DNA of 64,000 nt from Eledone cirrhosa (Eukaryota). The stretch is from assembly GCA_964016885.1 (NCBI GenBank), contig OZ024751.1, positions 23,064,001 through 23,128,000 on the forward strand, written 5' to 3'. Positions 13,516-26,210 of this stretch are shown here, in pieces; the stretch's first letter is position 1; each line of letters starts with the position of its first letter. Below the pieces are notes generated by a model that had not been told where the DNA came from, ran no database searches, and saw nothing but the letters and a program-made list of their open reading frames with translations. A program made the position numbers and the translations under genes.

Positions 13516-16500
13516 GTGAGTTTACAACTGTCAACATTCCTCTTTTGTATATGTGTGGTTATTTATGTATTTGGTACAATATATACTGTAAGGTAGTTGA
13601 CATAGGGAAGGATATCCATCTATAGAAAACCAAGCCATACATACACACATATATATATGTATATATATATGTATGTGTGAGTGAAGGCACGTGGGTGAGT
13701 GGTTAGAGAATTGGATTTGCAATCATGAAATTGTGATTTTGATTCCCAGGCTGGGCAATGCGTTACGTCCTTGAGCTAGACACTTTATTTCACATTGCTC
13801 CTTCTACCTGGAGTTGTGACCGATGGGTAATATTAGTAATTGGAAAGACCAATGGAAATATTGTTTCCTCGGTCCGATTTGGCGAGCTCCACCCCACTCG
13901 TTAAGCGAATGAGGTCTGGGATCTTGTTGATTGACTACTGATATATGTATGTGTTGTGTATGTATATGAAGGTGAATGTCTTTGTGGCTAGAGTGGTTCA
14001 ACTCACAATATATCCTTAACAATATCTTTAAATAATTTTACCATTCCATATTTCCAGAAAAATCTGCCAGCAGTGCCGAAGAGTGTGAAATGAAATCTGA
14101 TGGCAGTGACAATGATGCTGAACAGACAGGTACCGAGAAATCTGAGAGTGTATCAAGACGGGAACGTCGCAAGAGGAAACGAGAACGCCGAGAGAAACGA
14201 CGGAAGAAAAATGAAGCTGTGAGTATTATTTTGTAAAATAACTACAACTGAAATATGTGGAAAGCAAATTTTCATGGTTTTTATGTATGGCTGTAAAACT
14301 TCAACACAAATATATCGTCATCATTATCATTATACGTTTGCTTTTCCATAATTAGATGGGTTGTTATAGATCAAGTCACCACCTATTCAGGGCTATGTCC
14401 TTTTAGATGGACTTCAGGTCCTTTTCTTGCTTACATTCCAGTTTTGTCATAGTTTCTACAACTAGAGGCCCTCCCTAATGCCAACAACTTCATAGAGTAT
14501 AGTGGGTGCATTTTATTGTGTCACTAGCACTGAAGGAGTGGCAGGTCTTGGGCAAGTCCTTGAGCTGATGTTAATAAAGAGTTCTCTCAATTCTGTGGGC
14601 ATGGTTTCCACAGCTGGGTGCTCAACTTATGGTCAAGCACTTTACAATATTGTTAGTTCTGTTAGTATTTATTTTTATATATAACTCTCACACGTACACT
14701 AATATGTATCCCAGCATGTTGTAAGAAGTGACTAAAAGGGTTGGAATCAGGAAGGGCATCTGGCTGTAAAACATTGCTTCAAAAGTCTTGTAGAACCAAT
14801 ATGTCAGTGTGGAAAAGTTGACATAAAAACGATGATGATGAGGATATTTACAAAATGACATTTTTGTCACATTTACAACACTGCCTTTCATCTCCTTAGG
14901 GGTTTCATGAAATAAAACTACCAGTTCCATGATAGTAGATTGGTTGAATTATTAGCATCAGATGGTATGCCTTCTGGTACAAGTTCTGATACTCTTGTCT
15001 TCTGAGTTGAAATTCCACCAAGGTATTCAAATACCACTGGTGACCAGAGCTAACCACCCGACTACATGACCATAATGTGTGAAGAATGATTGTGATTATC
15101 TGTTATTGCAGTCAAATGATAATAACAATGACTATGTATCTGTTTCATTTTTACAATTGTTTTTATTTCTATATTAATCTCATCATTTTCTATGTATTTT
15201 CCAGAAGAAGAAAAGAAGACGACTTGAGTATATTGATCACGATAAAGTCGATGATGGATTCAACTGGAATTTATCGAGTAAGGGCCGAACTCTTCCTGGT
15301 TCCTATGATAGTCCCTCTGATAGGCAGTCATCAAGCCCATATAGAAGTCCTGGACCCTATGATAGTCCTTATGAAAGTCCTCCTGGTTTATATGACAGTC
15401 CCTCAGAAAATGAAGAAGATAAGTAAGTCTATATTTCTGTCTCATCATTTAACTTCTCTTTTTCCATGCTAGTAAAGGTCTTCCATACTGATAAGGATTC
15501 AACAGGTCAACATGGGCTATGCCAGTACTTAAATAGAGCTACTGTCCTTCCAGAAACATCAAGGGCAACATCACGCCTATATATGTTCTGTTTTTGGCAC
15601 GCTTCTATTGGACGCCCTCTCCATCACCAGCCACTGTACTGGACGCCCTTTCCATCACCAGCCACTGTACTGAGTGTACTGGGTGCATTTTATCATAGCA
15701 CCAGCACTAGGGAGACTCCCATGTCTTTGACACAACTGAACAGTTCAGTCAGCCCTTAGTATGGTATATTTTCTATGGCTGGATGTTCTCCCTGATGCCA
15801 ACCAGAGTGTACTGGCTGTAATATTTCATGGCACCAGCACTAGACAGGTTGTGATGCCCATGATATGACTGAAGTAATCTCGCCACTTTTATGGCTTTGT
15901 CATATCTTCTTGCATTAGATAAGATGATTAGTTCTCTTGCAAAATTTCCATTTTTTATTTCTTACCCATATTTCCACTTCTATATTTACAGCTATCCACC
16001 AAGTTTGTTGAGTATGGTTGGGGATGGTTTTATTGATTTGGCTGTGGCTGACAAAGATGTAAGTATATAACATTTTATCAATTATTTTGTACCTTGTCTT
16101 AATCTGTTACAAAATATAATGACGAGCCATTTGTGTTATTTGTTCTGGCTCTTTACATTGAGCTTAATTCCTGCTGAGATCACCTTTGCCTTTCATTCTT
16201 CCCAGGTCATTAAGTCGAGTACTGGGGTTGATTCAATCCCCCCCCCCCCCCCACACACACAAAAAAAAAAAAATTGCTGGTCTTGTGACTAAATTACAAA
16301 TCGATTTTATTGGGAGAATCTTTAGAGCATCAGGCAGAATGTTTTGTGGTATTTATTCTAGATTTTTATGTTCTAAGTTCAAATATAACTATAGGAAAGT
16401 GGCATGAAGCTATGACTATGTAAGAAAGTATCCAGAACAAATACCACAATGGCATTTTATCTGACGCTAGCATGGGTTAGACGAGTTGTCCCATTTGAGG

Positions 16501-19500
16501 CAAGTATATATATATACACAAGACTTTATGTTCATCATGTGTTTGATCAAATAAATATTATTCCCTGTTTTAGGAGATCCTTAAACTACAAGAACGTAAG
16601 AAGAGCCGATCTGGCCGTAAGAAGTCTCACCATCATCATCATTCATCAAAAAAGAAACCTTTGTTAGATAATCCAAGAGCACATTCTGTGTGCAAGTTTT
16701 TCATGGAAGGAAAATGTTCCAAGGTAGAATGTATTTTTTTACTTGCTAAATGCAGATTTCATTTGTGTATTATGTGAGAAAGTTGTTGCCTCAGCAAGGC
16801 CACAGTCTAATGTCTGAAACCAATTAGAAAAAGAATAATAAAATAATATAAATACATATCTGTACTTGTTTAACTTAGACTACATGAATCTTCATTATCA
16901 TCATCATTAAATGTCTATTTTTCCACGTTTGAATAGGTTGTCATGTTATGAGACAAGTCAGGTCCAGAAACCACATCTTGCTCATGCAGATCTGTATTTT
17001 AAAATATTCCTATATTTTTTTTGGCTCCATATTGATCTTTCTTCTATTTTTCTTCCCATTTATTAGGCGGAGGATTGCCCTTATAGTCACGACTTCGTGC
17101 CCCAAAAGAAATCAGAAATATGCAAATTTTATTTAAATTCTATATGTACAAAAGGTGATGGCTGTTTATTTATGCATGGTAAGTTGGAATTTTAAATTAA
17201 ATTTTTTTTAATTATTCTGCAATGCATTTCAAAATTAAGAAAAAAGGTTTATGTAAAAATTCCTTTAAAAGATGCAGGCTTTGCAACCATGTGGCTTCAG
17301 GTTTATTTCATTCACACACACACGTGTGTGTGTATATGTACACATGTATGTATACATATATATATATTTATATTTATATGCATGCATGCATGTCTGTGTG
17401 CAAGTTTGTCTTTAATTTTACTGTTAATTTATGTCTTGTTACTTAGAGGTTCTGCAACTAGACTTGCCAAATAGGTACTGAGGTTGATATGATCAACTGA
17501 ACTTCTTCAAAGAGGTGTCGTTTCCTATCATTTCCAGTATATTGACTAAAATCAGTAGAAGAGTAAAGTAGTATTTTTTTTTAAAATTAGGTTTGAAATT
17601 TAAAAGTAAAATTTAAAAATATATTTTAATTTCTTTGAATATTTATTTAGTTATTTTCTTTTTTGCAGGTGAGTACCCTTGTAAATATTTTCACACTGGG
17701 GCTCAGTGTTATCAAGGAGAAAACTGTAAATTCTCACACGAACCACTGAATGAAGAAACAAAAATACTTCTGCAAAAGGTTAGTATTGATTAATCATTAC
17801 AGTATTGATTAAAAAAAACTGCCAATTCACTACAAAAGTATTTTATGAAACTAGTCTAAATTGATGATTGTTTTAGGATTAAATTGAAATATAACAAAAG
17901 AATCTTTTGTTATATTTCAATTTAATCCTAAAACAATCATCAATTTAGACTAGTTTCATAAAATACTTTTTGTAGTGAAGCTGGCACTTCGGATTATATG
18001 GTTTGGTATTTGGTTCACTGGACTCTGAGTTGAAATCTTGTTGAGAGCAATTTTACCTTTCATCCTTTTAGGGTGGCAAATTTGCAAAGTTGTTACATGG
18101 GTTGGACATAGTATAAGTGAAATATAGATTTATTTAACCTTTTAAACACAAACACACTGAATATATATTCAAACTTTGGACTAAAATCTCATATTACATG
18201 TCAGATAATTTCACTAAACCTCTTATAATTCTTGATTATTTTGTTAATTAAAACACAGGCAGTATATTATTATAAATCTGATCACAAAAGGGTTAAATTT
18301 TGTTTGAACATGATATAAAATAAGTTATTAGCCAATATACAACTGTAGAATTGTAGTATAGGGTTTGCACGGTGGATTGGCAGTATCGGTAGAGTGTCAG
18401 ACGCCATGCTTTGCAATCAAAGCGTTACGGCCCTTTATTGTGTGAGTTCAAATCCTGCCGAGGTTAACTTTGCCTTTCACCCTTATGGGGTCGATAAAAT
18501 AAAGTACCAGTAATGCACTGGGATAATTGCTGGCCTTGTGCCAAAAGTAGAAACAATTATTAGATTTACTGTTGAAATTATAAAATTGAACTGTATATAA
18601 TACAAGGTTAATATTTCTTTTCTTTTCTTTCTTCTAGGCTCTTGACAATCGGGATGATGAAAGATCAAGTGATTCTGATGGTAATTATTTAGTTGTTAAT
18701 TATTCTTTATTTATATAGTTATTGCTGATTGTTGTTTTTAAAGAGTTGGTTTTGGAAGAAGGGTCTGTGATCATTGTTGGCCTCTGCAGGCCCTACTTTA
18801 TGGACTGGGGCAGTTGATGTTGTTGAGCAACTGCAAATTGATGGCTGCAGGCAGAGAATTCCAGAAGGTTGATAATCTGGGAAGGAAGGATTGGGAATAA
18901 TGGTTAGTGTGGGCCCTGTACCTCACGAAACCGCATTAGCAAAACATTCTTGAAAAGTACAAAACATCACATTGACTCCTTCACCTTCAAAATTAAGGTC
19001 TTTTTGTCTAATACTGCAAATTTTTACAACAATCAGTCTACTAGTAAAGGTACTTCTAACAAGTGGGTTGGAATTTTAGAATATTAGTTTAGCAGTACTA
19101 ATAAAACTTTGGGAGGTTATGTGGGGCAAATGGCCTTAAAATACTTGTTATTGTACTATATGTTTACTAACAATAATCACACATTTTAAGTCATCTTTAA
19201 AAAATTATTTTGTTTAGATTCCATTACACATGAAAGTCTGGATCATTTGCGAGATAAAGGAGGTAACCAAGCACCTGGATCAAATGGAGGAAGCAAGAAG
19301 ATACCTTCTTTGTTTGATATCAAAGTCTACCCACCTGGTCAGAGTCCAAAAAAGCCACAAGGTTCTACTGTACAACCACCTGGAAGGTAAGACATTATTT
19401 GAAAAATAATATAAATTTATAAATCATTATCAACATCATTATTATTATGTTGAAAAGGTCAGTGGATTGGCAGTATCGGTAGAGAGTCAGACGCCATGCT

Positions 19501-22500
19501 TTGACGCATAGAGTTACGGCCCTTTATGATCTGAGTTCGAATCCCGCCGAGGTTAACTTTGCCTTTCATCCTTATGGGGTCGATAAAATAAAGTACCATT
19601 AATACCCTGGAATAATTGCTGGCCTTGTGCCAAAAGTAGAAACAATTATTATTATGTTGATCTTTCTATGCTGACATGGATTGGATGGGATTTTTTGAGG
19701 CAGTGTTTTACACCCGAATGCTCTTCGTGATTCCGACCCTTTTAGTCACTTATGACATGCAGGGATTTGGTACACAGCCATTATAATCTAGTTTAAAATA
19801 TTTTTAGCTTGTTATATAACTTTTGTGACATCTTCATGTTATAAAATACTGAACATTCATAAATAGAAAAAACTTGAAGCACCTTCCCTATTTTAATACT
19901 TAACGTCCTGTGCCACATGAAACCACATTAGCAAAACATTCTTAAAAATACAAAACTGAACTGTCTACTATGGAGGCACATGGCTTAGTGGTTAGAGCAT
20001 TGACCTTGCAATTGAAAGGTTGTGAGTTCAATTCTCAGACTTGGTGATGTGTTGTTTCCTTGAGCAAGACACTTTATTTCACATTGCTCCAGTTTACTCA
20101 GCTATAGAAACGAGATGATAGGACTGGGGTCTCTATCATTCCACTGCAAAGTGGTTGTGGAGGTGCCACAACAAAAAAAGCACCCAGCCCACTCTGTAAA
20201 GTGGATGTGTAGGCGCCACGACAAAAAAGCACCCAGCACTCACTGTAAATGAGGTTGGTGTTAGGAAGGGCATCCAACTGTAGAAATCAAGCCAGAATCA
20301 GTTCCCGTCCCACCCTTGCAAGCAGGGAAAAGTGGACGTAAAATGATGATGATGTCTATATGACATTAAGAATTAAAACCTTTACTCTAATACTACAAAT
20401 GTTTACAACAGTCTGACCACTAATAATGATACTATAATCATTTGGATTAACAAACTTGTTCTTTGATCAATCAATAGATTGCACTGCTTGTATGGATTCC
20501 CTTGACTCTTGTCGCTATCCAGTTCTATTCATCATTTTCTGCAGGTCAGAGGGACTACAGTTTATGTCATCACATATCTGCTTGATATAGGTCTTGGCTT
20601 GTCTATTGATAGCTCTTCCTTGTGTAGGCTGCCACAAAACAATTTCACTAACAGTTTTGTCTTTAACTCTCCAGTATTGCCCTGTGAATCTGACTCTGCT
20701 CTTTGGTGATATCTGATACTGGATGAAGGTTCCCATACAGTCGCCCATTGGTCAGAAATAAAAGCATATATTTGTTTTATTGTGAGTGATTGTGTGTTTG
20801 TATAGGAAATCCTTTTAATCCAATGTTTAAATGTGTTTTATATCTGTATTTTTTTTTTTTTTCAGGCCTGGCTTTTACAAAGATGCTTTGACGCTCTCAC
20901 CATCTGGGAACTCTTCTTGTTCATTGCCTCCATCTGGTGCAGGAATTGGAGGATTAGGTCCTGGCTCAATTCGTCCCCCAATTGGATCTCCTGGACATTC
21001 ATCCTTTATTGGTTCTCGCCCAACTTCAGGGGATTGCCCTCCCCAGCAGCAGCAAACCCCTCCACAACTTGGCTGCAGCCCACCACATCCTCAACAGTCA
21101 GTTATGATTGGTTCAATTTATCCTGATGACAAGAATGTTCCTCAACCATTAGGTATAGCTTATAGATATTTTTTCTTCCATAAATATTAAGATGTTTATT
21201 TTCCTTACTTAGGTTGCATTAGAGTGTGTGAATTACTGTTTTACATCCTGTTTTTCCATGCTTACCCGAGTTATAATAATAATGAAATTTATTGTGTACA
21301 GTGCTCAGGAGCACTACAACTCATGAAAGGTGCATGTATAGTATAAAGAATAATGTACGAAGCCTGGAGCTAGCTTAATCTCCATTAAGCATTCAATTGA
21401 GACAAAGATACATAGCTTATTATTTTAAGTTGTTTATGTTTATCTAAAAAAACAACAACCTTCTGTCATAAGTTTATGTAAGAATCTTTGTTGAATTATG
21501 TTCCAAACACCAGCTTAATAATAAGAAACTTATGTTAAATCTTTCCAAATTCCTGATTATTTTCGAAATTATTTGAATAACATAGTCATTTCTTTTTACT
21601 AGAAATATGGTAAAGGAAAGGTTAAAGTGTTATATTTATATCTAAAAGTCTACCATCATGATTTCATGTAAGAACCATTGTTATATCCAGATACCAACTT
21701 GATAATGAGAAAGTTATTTATATTACTAAATCCCTCAAAATTCTCAGAAAGATTAAAGTAAAAACTTATCCTTGATTTTATTTCAATTTATTTGCAACTG
21801 TATTGCTCTGGCTTTGCTTTCTTTAAAACAGTATTTTTATTTTCTTTTAAATATTTATTTATTTTAGATAACCTTCATCATCCTTTACATAATCCATTTC
21901 ATCATCGTCATGGAGCATTAGAAGATCGACATAACACCGATGAAGAGAAGGAAGAACGGAAACAAATCCCAATTGAGATCCCCTCCCATTTACCTCCCAG
22001 ACAAAAAGAGTTGTTTATGCGGATTCAACAGCAACAGCAACTTGCTGCAACCATTATGGAGGACACTGATGGCAGAGATGATGAAAAAAGTAAGGATTCC
22101 AGTCTTTTTTTAGACTTGTGTAAAAATTGATCTCCCCATTTATGTAAATATTACACCGCTATTTTTCACTCACAAATTTCACATGTCTTTCATATATATT
22201 TCATCTTGCTTACATACATTTCCACACTCCATTGAATTCACTGGATACATTTTATCATGACTCTAGCACTAGAAAGGTTGTGTCAAGACTGAATTTGAGA
22301 TGGAGAACAGTTGTGATCTTTGATAGTATGGGAAGTATAAACATCTACTAATGTGTTAGGATTTAGAATGGGAGTTGGAGCGATCTTTATTAGAAATGGA
22401 AGTGAGAGGTGGGTGTAATCTCGAATAGTTAATGGACGGGTACTGTGATAAAGCAAAACAACAAGCAACTATATCATATCAATTCATATCCTTTCTCACC

Positions 22501-25500
22501 TTCCTCTCCATGTTGTAAGGAAGATAACTTTATTACTAAAAATAATACCAAGTTAATGCCCTTTATTGGAAATGTTATTTGTAGTTCTGTCCAAGACAGT
22601 TTACAAAATGTTTCACTATAGTAAAATGACAATGTAATTGCTATTTAAAATTTTATTTTTTTCTGAAACAAAAAACAACAAAAACCCATGTAATTTTATA
22701 TTTTTTTGTTTGTTTTCTAGTTGAAGATATTGATGACTGGTATTCAAGTGATGAAGATGAAAATGGTGAAGGTGTTCCAAGGTTAGCAGAAGTCTTAAAA
22801 AATCTCAATAAACAGGTAAGTCTTAACTACTATGAATGTGTTTCTGTGTGTATGTATGTGTGTGTGTTTGTGTGTTGGTATAATCCAATCATGGGCAAAT
22901 GGCAGCCTAGGGATTTGAGTAAACCATTGGACCAAAACCTGACATTTGTATAAGAAATGAAAACTTCTAGAGGTTTCTGATTTGTATCTAGTTAGTCTTA
23001 ATTGTCTCATCATTATCATTTAACATCTGTTTTTGTTTATTCTAACAATATTGGATGGGTTTTGACAGTCTGTGTTGTATCTATACTCAATCGGGGTTAC
23101 TGACTAATTAGATTGGTGGGAGGGACTTGTTTCTTGCTTACATATGATACCGTACTCTTCCGAATCCATTTTATTGTGACACCAACACGTTGTCCTGTCT
23201 TTGACACAACTGAAGAATCCTCCCAACCTATTTCTATTTGTTATATGTACTGTTTACTGATTTCTTTATTTGTGTCCATGCTTGGGAGTTGATGAGGCTT
23301 CAAGGATTCTATGAAGGGGGTCAATGCTTTAAAAAGTTTAGGGATCTCTGATTATCTTTTCTTGTCTATTTCATGTATTATTTTTCTTTTTATCTTTTTA
23401 GCCACCTCCTGAACCACCAGTTCAAAGCCAGTCAGATAACTCCGCTTTAGATATTATGCAAATGATTAACGCTATCCGTGGGGGTCAGCCGGGTACATCT
23501 ACAGGAGGAGGACCATTACAAACAACAGTATCTGCTGCTGGTACAATAGTTACAAGTAGTAATAGTAGTAGTAGTGGTAATAATAACAGTAGTAGTAGTG
23601 GCGGTGTTGGTGGCACTAGTAATTGTGCTAACTCATCAGCTACATCCACTTCTGTGTCAGCTACTGGCAGTGCAACTTCGACTACCTCAAACACAAGGTA
23701 TGTACTTTGCTTATCTTTTAGTTGTATTGTTTTTTTGTTTTTTTTTTGTGCTATTTCCAAGTTGAAAGAATCAACTATGTTCTTTTATCCCTTCTAATAT
23801 AAACTTGCCTGAAACTGTCCATGTTTACAAGGCTGATACAATGCTGCAAGTTTTAAAGTGTTCATAGACCATAATTTTATGTCAGATATTATTATTAAGT
23901 AATGTTCCAAACATCAGCTTACTAATAGTATTTTATAGCACCTCTGTACGTGAACACTCAATCCTTTATATTAATTTTATTCCCTCAGCACTTTGTAAAA
24001 GTCCGAGCAATTGCCTACGTATACTACAACATTTAAAAGGTGTGATTCAGCTCCCTAATTTAAGATAGTAAAAGTTGATATGTTCCCTTGGTTTAACGGT
24101 TTAAAGCACCTAGCCAGTAACTGAGAGATATGAGGTGCAATTCCTCATAGTGGCTGATGGCAACTTCTTTTTCTGTCTTCAAGGGTCTTTAATCTATTTT
24201 ATAAGCTATTTCATAGTAACTCCGCAATTTGTTTTAGTAAATTTTTGAAAATTTTTGATTACTTTCAAAATTAATTAAAACACCTTAGCAGTGTATTTTA
24301 TTAGAAATATGGTTACAAAAGGGTTAATTTATTGATATGTTGATATAAAGAATCAGACTGAGAAAACAAAGTTTCTACTAGTCTTTTCATTGCCAAAGCT
24401 ATCTGATGTTTGTAACTCCTGGTAGAAGCATCACAGCTTTTTCCTGGACAGGAAGCAGAACAAACCTCAGGCCATTTAATCTCCTCTAACGACCCTTTGT
24501 AACATTATTCATTTTGTTTCTTATATTCAACCAGAACTTCGATTTGTGTTAGGTAGAAACCTTCTTGCTGACAATTTTCTTGTAATATTTTACAGTTCCA
24601 CGAGGAGAGACCCCCGTTTACAGGGAACGAAAGCCACAACTTCTTCGGGTGATAGTAAAACAGCGTCAGCAGCTCCTATGAAAGCTGATCCACGATTGCT
24701 GCCTGGTAAACCACCAGTAACGGAACCCCCACCAGCACCAGCAGCACCACCACTACCACCACAGCCACCACCACTACCACCACCACCATCTTCTGTTCCT
24801 CAAGATTTTGTTGTTGTTCCTTCAACTATCCCTAGTGACCTTGTTTACCGACTTTATGAAGTCTCCACTTATAAGATGCCACTTTCAGCTACCATTGATG
24901 TGTTTCATTCTAAATTTAAAAATGATCCTCGAATACAGAGGCATCTCAGCAATCCACCTGAATCCCTGAAGCAAAAAATTCTACCTGGTGATCCCGATAA
25001 GACATTAATCAAATCATTTATTGTGCCTAATCCAAATCGCCCAGGTAAGGAGACTGTTGTTGATGACCTGCCTATGCCATCATTACCTCCTGTAAACTTA
25101 CCACCGATTCCCTCAACTGCAGGTGCACCCCCACCGTCATCTAAAAGACCTCAAGATCCTCGCAGGTCAAGAATACTGCCACCTAATTCTCGTATTGTAA
25201 GTAAAAAGGTCGATGATAAAGAGACTACAGAAACAAATAAACCCGCAGATCCACGTATTTCCCGAGGTGGACCTGATCAGTTTCCACCTGCTAAATCCTT
25301 GGATCCAAGATTGTCAAGACTACCGCCGAGTTCAGCTGGACCTTCTCGTCCTCTTGATCCTCGAAGGTTATTAAAACAAGAACCATCAAAGCCATTTCCC
25401 GGACGAGCAGCTAGTGATCCTAGAGCCAGCAAACAGCAGTCACCTGTTGTTGAGCAGGGCTTACCCCCAATGCTGGCACAAATACCTAATCCAGGTGCAC

Positions 25501-26210
25501 CTAAACCGCCACCTGTAGAACCTGCTGTTGAAAAACGAGGAGGCTCTCGGACGCAAGAAACGCCTGCGCCCCTTCAGCCTCTTCGACCAAACAACCCAAG
25601 ATTAATGCGGCAGGAAAGCCAAAGCAAAATTGAACAGTTGGTGGAGTTAGGTAATGCGGAGGGATCGCAGCCTAAATTAGATCATCGAAATGACCCTCGC
25701 TTTAAACGAAAACCTGCTGGTGAAAGTGGCAGCTCATTACCGCCTATTCGAAAGGTTACTGGGCAGCGTAAGGTTAACATGGAGTATAGTTCACCATTAG
25801 GGACAGAAACAGAGAAACCTGAACAGAATTCCGGTTACAATAGTTACAACAGGCCCCCTAATGCTAATCGGCAAATAGGAGGCAACAATAACAATAAAAC
25901 ATGGACAGGTGGACCTGATTCTGGCCCTCCAACTTTACCTTCTGGTAAGCCTCATTCTAGTGGAGGTAATGACACTATTACACATGGTTCTCTGGACCCT
26001 AGAGATATTGTTAATCACCCTTCCACATCTGATCCCCATGCCCCTTCAAACTTTCCTCCTCCTCTTCCTCCACCTCAAATGCAACAACAGTGTGGGTCAC
26101 TACAACAGCAGCAGCAACAACAACAATACCCTCCTGTATTCCCACCAGATCAACCCAAGTTAAAAGATTTGTTCAAATTTATCGACCCCACTGCATCTCC
26201 ATTCTATTGA
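13044..26210 (+). CDS. ZC3H4: ZC3H4/ZC3H6/Suppressor-of-sable family CCCH zinc-finger protein (Restrictor subunit), complete, 14 coding exons, ~1338 aa
   Basis: join(13044-13515,14058-14218,15205-15422,15992-16058,16574-16723,17067-17178,17669-17778,18638-18680,19218-19386,20866-21152,21868-22089,22721-22815,23402-23697,24596-26210). All introns are GT-AG with matching phases; total 4017 nt. Three tandem CCCH fingers ([19 protein letters not shown]; [19 protein letters not shown]; [20 protein letters not shown]). Family motifs [35 protein letters not shown], multiple DPR motifs and C-terminal [16 protein letters not shown]. Likely co-ortholog of vertebrate ZC3H4 and ZC3H6. Confidence 0.93.
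14058..14218 (+). CDS. ZC3H4: ZC3H4/6 coding exon 2 (acidic/basic, [11 protein letters not shown])
   Basis: tttccag| ... GCT|gtgagt; phase 1 to 0. Confidence 0.88.
15205..15422 (+). CDS. ZC3H4: ZC3H4/6 coding exon 3 (YxSP repeats)
   Basis: ttttccag|AAG ... AA|gtaagt; [15 protein letters not shown]...[11 protein letters not shown]. Confidence 0.88.
15992..16058 (+). CDS. ZC3H4: ZC3H4/6 coding exon 4
   Basis: tttacag| ... GAT|gtaagt; [22 protein letters not shown]; restores phase 2 to 0. Confidence 0.8.
16574..16723 (+). CDS. ZC3H4: ZC3H4/6 coding exon 5 (start of ZnF1)
   Basis: ttttag|GAG ... AAG|gtagaa; ...[14 protein letters not shown]. Confidence 0.92.
17067..17178 (+). CDS. ZC3H4: ZC3H4/6 coding exon 6 (end of ZnF1, ZnF2)
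   Basis: tattag|GCG ... G|gtaagt; [37 protein letters not shown]. Confidence 0.95.
17669..17778 (+). CDS. ZC3H4: ZC3H4/6 coding exon 7 (ZnF3)
   Basis: ttttgcag|GT GAG TAC ... AAG|gttagt; [37 protein letters not shown]. Confidence 0.95.
17826..17979. repeat. Near-perfect inverted repeat with 76-bp arms
   Basis: Arms 17826-17901 and 17903-17979; one-base indel. Confidence 0.95.
18371..18560 (+). mobile_element. tRNA-derived SINE with Meta/MESC-like core (family A)
   Basis: GGTGGATTGGCAGTATCGGTAG head, GAGTTCAAATCC B box, GCCTTTCATCCTTA.GGGGTCGATAAAATAAAGTACCAG core, (ATT)n tail; more than 15 copies in the window. Confidence 0.85.
18638..18680 (+). CDS. ZC3H4: ZC3H4/6 coding exon 8
   Basis: cttctag|GCT ... 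G|gtaatt; [14 protein letters not shown]. Confidence 0.82.
19218..19386 (+). CDS. ZC3H4: ZC3H4/6 coding exon 9 (KIPSLFDI motif)
   Basis: tgtttag| ... AG|gtaaga. Confidence 0.9.
19461..19652 (+). mobile_element. SINE family A
   Basis: Near-identical to the 18371 copy. Confidence 0.85.
19972..20355 (+). mobile_element. tRNA-derived SINE family B (CORE-like segment, RTE-related 3' part, (TGA)n tail)
   Basis: TGGCTTAGTGG A box, GAGTTCAATTC B box, CCTTGAGCAAGACACTT core, GGAAGGGCATCCA.CTGTAGAAA, GACGTAAAATGATGATG tail. Confidence 0.82.
20505..20750 (-). mobile_element. RTE-type LINE 3' ORF fragment
   Basis: [13 protein letters not shown]...VLWQPTQGR...[10 protein letters not shown] resembles the RTE C-terminal region. 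Confidence 0.65.
20866..21152 (+). CDS. ZC3H4: ZC3H4/6 coding exon 10
   Basis: poly-T tract then cag| ... G|gtatag; in frame with ORF 20831-21190. Confidence 0.88.
21868..22089 (+). CDS. ZC3H4: ZC3H4/6 coding exon 11 ([14 protein letters not shown])
   Basis: attttag| ... A|gtaagg. Confidence 0.92.
22721..22815 (+). CDS. ZC3H4: ZC3H4/6 coding exon 12 (WYSSDEDE)
   Basis: ttttctag| ... CAG|gtaagt. Confidence 0.92.
23402..23697 (+). CDS. ZC3H4: ZC3H4/6 coding exon 13 (S/T/G-rich)
   Basis: tttttag|CCA ... AG|gtatgt. Confidence 0.88.
24596..26210 (+). CDS. ZC3H4: ZC3H4/6 last coding exon (ten DPR motifs, DPTASPF terminus)
   Basis: ttttacag|T TCC ACG; part of ORF 24546-26210; stop TGA at 26208-26210. 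Confidence 0.95.

Noticed and set aside
18371-18470. tRNA gene
   Set aside because: The A and B boxes belong to SINE heads; there is no cloverleaf, and each is followed by a SINE core and tail in many copies.
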